Shown: positions 10,682-17,455 of the stretch, in pieces
How the letters are laid out: the number at the start of each line of letters is the position of its first letter
Position numbering within the stretch: the stretch's first letter is position 1
Virus record (IMG/VR): IMGVR_UViG_3300032562_000003
Coordinates: 186,001-250,000 of that record
DNA: 64,000 nucleotides
Strand: one strand, 5' to 3'
Program-made: the position numbers and the translations under genes
Notes under the pieces: model-generated
The model's database searches: none
Told to the model about the DNA's origin: nothing
Seen by the model: the letters and a program-made list of their open reading frames with translations, nothing else

Positions 10682-11686
10682 ATGGACTTGAAACGATTTA
10701 ATTTAGGTATAGGTCCGATGAGCAAAGAAATAGTTGAGCTATGTCTCAGCTATAGTCATCAGAACGACTATCCACTAATGATTATTGCTAGTCGCAATCA
10801 AGTAGACTATGATAGTGGCTATGCTATGAACACTAAAGAACTATCTGACCTAGTATTCAATAGTGAGTATTATGACCGAGATAGAATATTGCTGTGTAGA
10901 GACCACTGCGGACCTTACTTTAGTGATGCAGACAAAAATCTAGACCTCGAAACGGTAATAGAACGATGCATGAATACGATCAAAGCTGATGTCGATGCAA
11001 AATTCTACCTAATTCATATTGACGTGAGCAGAGTCGAGACTGACAAACAACGTGCTGTTGCAGAAAAGTTGTTTTCTTATGCTATGGCATTGAATCCGAA
11101 AATTATGTTTGAATTCGGTACCGAAGACAACACTGGTAATACGACAGAAACCTTGAACATGTTGAATATGCAACTAGAGTATGTCAAGCCTTGGCAAAAT
11201 AATATATGTTATATTGTTTCCCAGACTGGAAGCTTGACTAAACAAACTCAAGTAGGTACGTTCAATGTAGAACAAACACAAAAACTGATAAATGTAATAC
11301 ATCAGAATGGTTACATGTTCAAAGAACACAACGCTGACTACCTTACAGTTGACCAAGTAAAGTTACGTAAAAATACAGGAGTGGATGCATTAAATATTGC
11401 TCCGCAACTCGGTACTGTAGCTAGTAGTGTGTTATATACATTGGGTTTGGGTACAAAAGAATTAACTAAGTTCATTGATGTTGTGATAGAATCAGGATAT
11501 TATAAAAAATGGTGTACGGTTGATGTAGATAATGACAAAGACCGCTTTATCAGTTCAGCACACTATCTATTCGAACATCCATGTTGTAAAGAATTAAAAC
11601 AAGTAATAGATATGCGAGAATATAAAGCACTATTACAAGACCGATTGTTTTCTATTTTAGATGAATATAGATTAGGATACCATTAA
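10682..11686 (+). CDS. GatZ/KbaZ-like class II aldolase / ketose-phosphate epimerase
   Basis: IIASRNQVD..GY, RDHCGP, HID, EFGTE, KEHNADY, NIAPQLG. Confidence 0.65.
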   Translation: MDLKRFNLGIGPMSKEIVELCLSYSHQNDYPLMIIASRNQVDYDSGYAMNTKELSDLVFNSEYYDRDRILLCRDHCGPYFSDADKNLDLETVIERCMNTIKADVDAKFYLIHIDVSRVETDKQRAVAEKLFSYAMALNPKIMFEFGTEDNTGNTTETLNMLNMQLEYVKPWQNNICYIVSQTGSLTKQTQVGTFNVEQTQKLINVIHQNGYMFKEHNADYLTVDQVKLRKNTGVDALNIAPQLGTVASSVLYTLGLGTKELTKFIDVVIESGYYKKWCTVDVDNDKDRFISSAHYLFEHPCCKELKQVIDMREYKALLQDRLFSILDEYRLGYH

Positions 11687-11711
11687 TAGATTTAATGATA
11701 AGGGAATAACA

Positions 11712-11813
11712 ATGCATTTTATAAGAACATTAATCAATAAGATTAAACGTGAGATTCTATATAGAAAAAGGATTAAAGAACTAAGAAAAAGAGATCCCTT
11801 TATATACAAATAA
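11712..11813 (+). CDS. 33-aa basic peptide ending KRDPFIYK (below ORF-track cutoff)
   Basis: ATG 11712 to TAA 11813: MHFIRTLINKIKREILYRKRIKELRKRDPFIYK; fills gap before carbamoyltransferase. Confidence 0.65.
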   Translation: MHFIRTLINKIKREILYRKRIKELRKRDPFIYK

Positions 11814-11817
11814 TAGC

Positions 11818-13299
11818 ATGAATTATGTAGGTGTCAGTTGCGGGTTTCACGACGCTGGATTGAGTGTCATTGATGATGCTGGCAATATCCTATACGCCGG
11901 CCACAGTGAACGATACAGTAAGAAGAAGCATGACGCTGATCTTTGTTTAGGCTTATTAAAAGATGCCCACAAATATATAGATGGGCATTATGAGCTTCAT
12001 TATTATGAGAAGCCTTGGTTAAAGGTAATCCGCCAGCTCAGAGCTGGACAGAAGTTAGGACCTTTCTCTGCAAAGGATGTCATCGGTAAAAACATGATGG
12101 TTCGTTTTAGCCATGACGGAGAAGTGAAAACACACAATCATCACTTATCTCATGCTGCTGCTGGTTTTCAAACTAGTCCATTTGACCATGCTACTGTAGT
12201 CATTATTGATGCTATCGGCGAGTTAGATACGATTACTATCTGGGATGCGTATTATGATGATAACGGTAGAGCCGTATATAAGAGGCTTTGGGGAAAGCAA
12301 TATCCAGATTCTATCGGTTTATTCTATTCTGCTATGACTGCGAAAGTAGGACTGAAGCCATTAGATGAAGAATATATTCTTATGGGAATGGCTGCTTACG
12401 GTAAACCTATTCATGTTAATACGATTCAAAAAGCGTTGATTCATAATAGTGGTACATTATCTTTCAAAGAAAATCTACATACCGGGGTGAGAGATGATTT
12501 CCTCAAAGATGCTGATAATATGGATATAGCTTCATCTACTCAAGAACTTACTGAAAGTTTGATACACCATGTCATAGCAAAAGCTATTAATATCGGTAAA
12601 AGTCATAATCTTGTTTTTGGTGGAGGAGTCGCACTCAACTGTGCAGCAAATCGTAATCTAGGCGGATACTTCGATAACATCTGGATCATGCCTAATCCGG
12701 GTGATGCAGGAAACTCATTGGGTGCTGCTGCATTAGGTTATGGAAAACGAGTAAATTGGGTCGATGCCTTTTTAGGATATAATATAAAAGGCAAATATCC
12801 TATTAACAATGTAATTAACCAATTGTATACTAAGAAGATGGTTGGTGTTGCTAGCGGACGAGCCGAATTCGGTCCTAGAGCATTAGGCAATCGTTCACTA
12901 TTAGCAGATCCACGCGGCCCTGATATAAAGGATACAGTAAATGAAATCAAGCGAAGACAGCAGTTCAGACCCTTTGCGCCGGTCATTCTGGAGGAACTAT
13001 GTGGCGATTATTTTAATATGCCTTGCGGTTGGAACAACAGTAGGTATATGCAAGTCATCGCTCCTTGTAGGGCTCCTGACTTATTTCCTGCTATCGTTCA
13101 CGCTGACGGGACTTCTCGTGTACAGACAGTACCGAAAGACGGTTCGGGAATCAGAAGACTCTTAGAACGTTGGTATAATGAGACACGCTGTCCAATGCTA
13201 CTTAATACATCCCTAAATATTAGAGGTGAGCCTATGGTAAATGACCGGGCAGATGCTGATCGGTTCCAGCTACTATATGGGGTAAAAGTCTGCTCTTAA
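11818..13299 (+). CDS. carbamoyltransferase (NodU/CmcH/NolO family)
   Basis: GFHDAG, HHLSHAA, DAIGE, EYILMG, GGVALN, RAEFGPRALGNRS, HADGTSRVQTV, LNTSLN. Confidence 0.92.
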   Translation: MNYVGVSCGFHDAGLSVIDDAGNILYAGHSERYSKKKHDADLCLGLLKDAHKYIDGHYELHYYEKPWLKVIRQLRAGQKLGPFSAKDVIGKNMMVRFSHDGEVKTHNHHLSHAAAGFQTSPFDHATVVIIDAIGELDTITIWDAYYDDNGRAVYKRLWGKQYPDSIGLFYSAMTAKVGLKPLDEEYILMGMAAYGKPIHVNTIQKALIHNSGTLSFKENLHTGVRDDFLKDADNMDIASSTQELTESLIHHVIAKAINIGKSHNLVFGGGVALNCAANRNLGGYFDNIWIMPNPGDAGNSLGAAALGYGKRVNWVDAFLGYNIKGKYPINNVINQLYTKKMVGVASGRAEFGPRALGNRSLLADPRGPDIKDTVNEIKRRQQFRPFAPVILEELCGDYFNMPCGWNNSRYMQVIAPCRAPDLFPAIVHADGTSRVQTVPKDGSGIRRLLERWYNETRCPMLLNTSLNIRGEPMVNDRADADRFQLLYGVKVCS

Positions 13300-13302
13300 A
13301 GC

Positions 13303-13370
13303 ATAAATAGATGTGAGTCGCGGGACTGCAATCCCCACTCACTCTAATGCTAGAAGGAGCTATCAGCATG
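13303..13370 (+). promoter_or_regulatory. late promoter + conserved structured leader of HNH gene (copy 1)
   Basis: TAAATA 13304-09; GTGAGT/ACTCAC stem (13313-18/13337-42); AAGGAG SD; blocks shared with 24124..24194(-). Confidence 0.7.
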
Positions 13371-14030
13371 TCTATTTATCGTAAAATTTACGAACAGAAT
13401 TTTGGTCCCATACCCAAAGACGGTGACGGAAGAAGTTGCGATGTTCATCATATAGATGGTAACCGCAATAATAATGTACCGGAAAATTTAATCGCATTGT
13501 CTATACAAGATCATTACGATATTCATTATCAGCAAGGAGATTATGGTGCATGTTGGCTCATTTCAAGAAAGCTACGGTTGACGCCAGAGGAACTATCAGA
13601 CCTCGCCAAATTAACCGGCGCCAACCGCATCGCAAACGGCACACATCACTTTTTAAAAAGGCCAGATGGGTCATCGTTAGGAAAAGACAGTGTACTCAGA
13701 CAAACTGAAAACGGGACGAATGCTTTCTCTGGAGGAGAAGTTCAAAGAAAATCTAACGCTAAGCGAGTGAGGGAAGGAACTCACCATTTTCTTAGTGGTG
13801 ATATACAAAGAAGAACTCAACAAAGGTTGGTGGAGAACGGGACTCATCATTTAATGGGGAACGGAGAATTTCAACGAAATGTTCAGAAAACATTGTTAGA
13901 GAATGGAACTCACCACTTTCTTACGAATCATCCAAATAAAATTCAGGTAACTTGTCCGCATTGCAACAAAACTGGCGGAAAAACTAACATGCATCGATAC
14001 CATTTCGATAAGTGTAGGGTCTTAAAATAA
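13368..14030 (+). CDS. HNH homing endonuclease with GTHHF repeats and C-terminal Zn finger
   Basis: HHIDGNRNNNVPENL...HYDIH; repeats NGTHHFL; CPHC...HFDKC; start at ATG 13368 after SD. Confidence 0.85.
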   Translation: MSIYRKIYEQNFGPIPKDGDGRSCDVHHIDGNRNNNVPENLIALSIQDHYDIHYQQGDYGACWLISRKLRLTPEELSDLAKLTGANRIANGTHHFLKRPDGSSLGKDSVLRQTENGTNAFSGGEVQRKSNAKRVREGTHHFLSGDIQRRTQQRLVENGTHHLMGNGEFQRNVQKTLLENGTHHFLTNHPNKIQVTCPHCNKTGGKTNMHRYHFDKCRVLK

Positions 14031-14062
14031 TATGACATACTGTAATTAGTGTAAATATTGTT

Positions 14063-16603
14063 ATGGCAATTAGAGAAGTATTCTACTCCGGTTCCAAACC
14101 CAATGTCCATCCAAGAGAAAAATTTGCTGAATCACTAGAAGATGCTAGGAATCAGTGTACGACTGAGCATTTTTGGATTATCAACGAGTTTTGTGACTAC
14201 CGTAAATTTGATTGGGACTTTGATTTCGAGCTATTACCTGACGAAGATATTTGGGCAGAGGCACACGACAATGTATGGCCTAGCCAACATCAAAAAGATA
14301 GTGGTACATGGCTGTGTCCTAAGGTAGCCGGTGATTATACTATCTATCGAACCGATGTTCCCCCAATTCAACGCAAGAATGAAATCAATGATTTTTGGAT
14401 TATAGATCCGGCCCTGGATAAATCTAGGTTTGACTTTTCTTGGCACCCAGATCCTACGTCTCCTCCATACATATATCAATTCGGTACTCTGCTCGATGAA
14501 AACGACGGACCCAGATACGTCACTCCCTATAATGACGGAACCATAGTACATCTAGAACGCAAGGAGGTCATACTAGAAGACCTAGAGTTTTCGAAGTACT
14601 ACATCACTACTACATTGGAAGATTTAATCAACGACCACACTAATGAAATCTTTTGGGCATTGAATCCTGAAATTGATTATTCTGGGTTTGACTTTAAATG
14701 GGTCCCTGACAGTAAGAACGTATATCACATAAATGCATTTGGTACGAAAGACAATATAAACTCCCAGACTTACTTTGTTAATGGTAAGATGTGGGCACGT
14801 GGTTATCGGGACATTAACTACATTGAGGATAAGGTACTAGATGTACGAACCAAGATCGATATTTTCTTTGTCGATAAAGGAAATCCTCAGGCACAAGAAC
14901 GCTTTCAGCAATTATCTGAGCGTATGGGCAACGTAACTAAAACTAGATATCTGAACAGCTGGGTTGACACGATCAATCGTTGTGTGACTAAATCAACTAC
15001 CAATCTATGTTGGATTCTCAATAGTGAATTAGACTATTCGTCATTTGAGTTTGATTTCTATCCTAGCCCATGGCAGATGAACTTAGTTCATGTGTTTGGA
15101 ACTCAGTGGTCACACTGGGGAACAACCTTTATGGTTAACAAAAATACATTTGCTGATGATACCAAATATATAAAAGTCATTGAGCATTTGCCTAATATAA
15201 ATTTTGTAAAACGATCACCTGCTAAGGCAGTTGATTGTCTTTATGCTATAGTAATCATCGACCATGGTAACGGTGTTGATACAGTAAAAGATGATCTACT
15301 CAGTAAAAATCTGAGCGAAAGAAACATCATTGCTGTGAAATATGATACCAATTATCTAAAAACATTCAAGGAGGTACTCAGTAAATTAGATGTCAATCGT
15401 GAACATTATGTATGGATTTGTAGTAGCGTGTGTGATTATAGCAGATTTGATTTTAGCTATATCTGCGATCCGTACACCAAAGAACAACTCCACGTCTTCC
15501 CGAGCGGTAATCAAAAATTAGGAGACACGTTTCTAGTAAACGTCAACAAGCTGCGCAAATTGATAGCAGATATGCATCGTCTAGAAGACTATGAAAAGAT
15601 TAATTATAATCAACATCAAGTTGTCTCAAGATTGATGACACCCACAACTATCGAAGGTGCATATTTTCCAAATGAAACACATATGGATTATGCTAGAAAT
15701 TATGAATGGGATTTTCCTTATGTAACTCTAGTAACTGAAGAAAACTGGGATATGGATCCTGAAATTGATCCCGAACCTATGTGTCTTTGGTCACCCGAAC
15801 AGAAAGCAATCATTATTTCTAGTACAGGTGCAACTAGAGTTACGATTCCTCGCGAGGCTAAAAACTATGTCAAAAGTGAACTGTATGATTACCCGTATAT
15901 AAAGCGAGCAAAAAAACTAACCAAATCTAAACCGATGGACATAGTGTATCTCAGTAACGGTGAAGCCGGGGCCGAAAAAAACTGGGAGCATCTACTTCAA
16001 ATTACTAAAAACATACCAAATAGGGTAGTCAGAGTGGATGGAGTTAATGGTCGAGTTGCTGCATATCATGCTGCTGCCGAAGCCAGCGAGACACCATGGT
16101 TATTTACGGTATTCGCTAAGTTACACATCAATTCTAATTTTGATTGGTCATGGCAACCAGATCGAATGCAAGCACCTAAGCATTATATCTTTCATGCGAA
16201 GAATCCGGTCAATGGATTGATCTACGGTCACCAAGCGATGATCGCGTATAATAAGCAATTAGTGCTAGAGAATGACGGTTATGGACTAGACTTTACGTTG
16301 GATGACCTGCACGAAGTTGTTCCACTCATGTCCGGTACTGCAAACTATAACACTGATCCGTTCTCTACTTGGCGTACCGCATTCCGTGAAGTGGTCAAAT
16401 TGAAGGCCGAAGATACCGACATTGCCCGAGAGCGATTAGAAGCTTGGCTTACTAAAGCTGAAGGTGATTTTGCAGAATATAGCATCAAGGGTGCAAAAGA
16501 CGCAGAAGCCTATTACGATGAAGTTGATGGCGATTTTGATGCACTGCGATTGAGCTACGAGTGGGAATGGTTAAAATCACGCTTCGTGCAAAAATACGGT
16601 TGA
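14063..16603 (+). CDS. large multi-module glycosyltransferase-like protein
   Basis: about five repeated W..(D)Y..FDF.W.P modules; last module resembles 209..1150. Confidence 0.55.
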   Translation: MAIREVFYSGSKPNVHPREKFAESLEDARNQCTTEHFWIINEFCDYRKFDWDFDFELLPDEDIWAEAHDNVWPSQHQKDSGTWLCPKVAGDYTIYRTDVPPIQRKNEINDFWIIDPALDKSRFDFSWHPDPTSPPYIYQFGTLLDENDGPRYVTPYNDGTIVHLERKEVILEDLEFSKYYITTTLEDLINDHTNEIFWALNPEIDYSGFDFKWVPDSKNVYHINAFGTKDNINSQTYFVNGKMWARGYRDINYIEDKVLDVRTKIDIFFVDKGNPQAQERFQQLSERMGNVTKTRYLNSWVDTINRCVTKSTTNLCWILNSELDYSSFEFDFYPSPWQMNLVHVFGTQWSHWGTTFMVNKNTFADDTKYIKVIEHLPNINFVKRSPAKAVDCLYAIVIIDHGNGVDTVKDDLLSKNLSERNIIAVKYDTNYLKTFKEVLSKLDVNREHYVWICSSVCDYSRFDFSYICDPYTKEQLHVFPSGNQKLGDTFLVNVNKLRKLIADMHRLEDYEKINYNQHQVVSRLMTPTTIEGAYFPNETHMDYARNYEWDFPYVTLVTEENWDMDPEIDPEPMCLWSPEQKAIIISSTGATRVTIPREAKNYVKSELYDYPYIKRAKKLTKSKPMDIVYLSNGEAGAEKNWEHLLQITKNIPNRVVRVDGVNGRVAAYHAAAEASETPWLFTVFAKLHINSNFDWSWQPDRMQAPKHYIFHAKNPVNGLIYGHQAMIAYNKQLVLENDGYGLDFTLDDLHEVVPLMSGTANYNTDPFSTWRTAFREVVKLKAEDTDIARERLEAWLTKAEGDFAEYSIKGAKDAEAYYDEVDGDFDALRLSYEWEWLKSRFVQKYG

Positions 16604-16629
16604 CATGCAATGTCATATATGATTAAATA
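16600..16629 (+). promoter_or_regulatory. sigma70-type promoter overlapped by TAAATA late motif, driving tmRNA
   Basis: TTGACA(16600)-17 nt-TTAAAT(16623); TAAATA 16624-29. Confidence 0.6.
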
Positions 16630-16635
16630 GTATTT

Positions 16636-16965
16636 GTTCGTTGATACGGACTTAAAACCGGGGAAGACAGGGGTGCGATTCCCCTCGCCTCCACCAGTAA
16701 ACACACGATAACAGGACGCTGGCTCTGTGAAGCGGGATATCGGGGTAGCTGCCGAGAAGACGGGGAGAGCATCGTGTGTTTTCTTATGGGGGCGTATAGT
16801 ATCGATTCACGGCTAGTAGGAAAGTGGAGAACACGGTAAGAAACGACCGTCAATCAGTTCAAATTACTAAATGCAAACGAAAATGATGCATATGAAGGCC
16901 TTGCGTTAGCCGCATAAGTCTTTTGGGCTTTGCTAGTTGAGCCTCGAAACAGAATCAACTAGCAC
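16636..16965 (+). ncRNA. ssrA: circularly permuted (two-piece) tmRNA
   Basis: T-arm AGGGG-TGCGATT-CCCCT + CGCCTCC-ACCA (ends 16696) precedes GGGGGCG (16788), giving acceptor stem with G3.U70; tag ORF 16873-16917 ANENDAYEGLALAA*; terminal hairpin 16931-16964; outer ends approximate. Confidence 0.92.
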
Positions 16966-17037
16966 CTATAAAACCTTTAAATATGATATATCGTCCTATA
17001 GGTCATAAATAATTTTGACATGTTAGGAGAACAAATC

Positions 17038-17409
17038 ATGAAAAACAAGTCAATTATTGCAATCGCTGCATTGGTAGCACTAAGTTTGGCTGCACCTGCA
17101 TCCGCACACCACTCGTTCGCAATGTTCGACAACCAAAAGTCGGTGACATTGGAAGGAACAGTAAAAGAATTTCAATGGACTAATCCGCATTCTTGGATTC
17201 AACTAATTGTGACTGATTCCTCTGGTAAGCCAGTTGAATGGTCAATCGAAGGCGGTAGCCCAAATGGTCTATCACGTTCCGGTTGGAAGCGCACTTCATT
17301 GAAGTCCGGCGATAAGGCTGTCGTAGTTGTACATCCTCTTAAGGATGGCACGAACGGTGGCTCGCTCGTATCTGTTGCGGTTAATGGACAACCAATCGGC
17401 AGTCGTTAA
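17038..17409 (+). CDS. secreted DUF6152-like protein
   Basis: signal peptide then AHHSFAMFD...GTVKEFQWTNPHSWI; family name recalled, not searched; TAAATA upstream (~17006). Confidence 0.7.
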   Translation: MKNKSIIAIAALVALSLAAPASAHHSFAMFDNQKSVTLEGTVKEFQWTNPHSWIQLIVTDSSGKPVEWSIEGGSPNGLSRSGWKRTSLKSGDKAVVVVHPLKDGTNGGSLVSVAVNGQPIGSR

Positions 17410-17455
17410 TTCTTTATATAAGTGAAGTTAGTTGATGTTCATTACTAAATACAGT

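Noticed and set aside
11818-13299. Carbamoyltransferase as part of a hydroxymethylcytosine DNA-modification system
   Set aside because: The thymidylate synthase in the window has the dUMP-type Asn (FNIASY) and no dCMP hydroxymethylase is visible; the context is glycan-type. Cannot be excluded genome-wide
16660-16696. Stand-alone tRNA gene
   Set aside because: Only T-arm and acceptor 3' strand, no anticodon arm; belongs to the tmRNA. No other tRNA recognised in the window
16697-16787. Hammerhead or other known ribozyme in the tmRNA spacer
   Set aside because: CTGTGA is present but the CUGANGA...GAAA core and three-stem layout are not
16623-16853. 76-aa minus-strand ORF
   Set aside because: Lies antisense to the tmRNA, which explains the sequence
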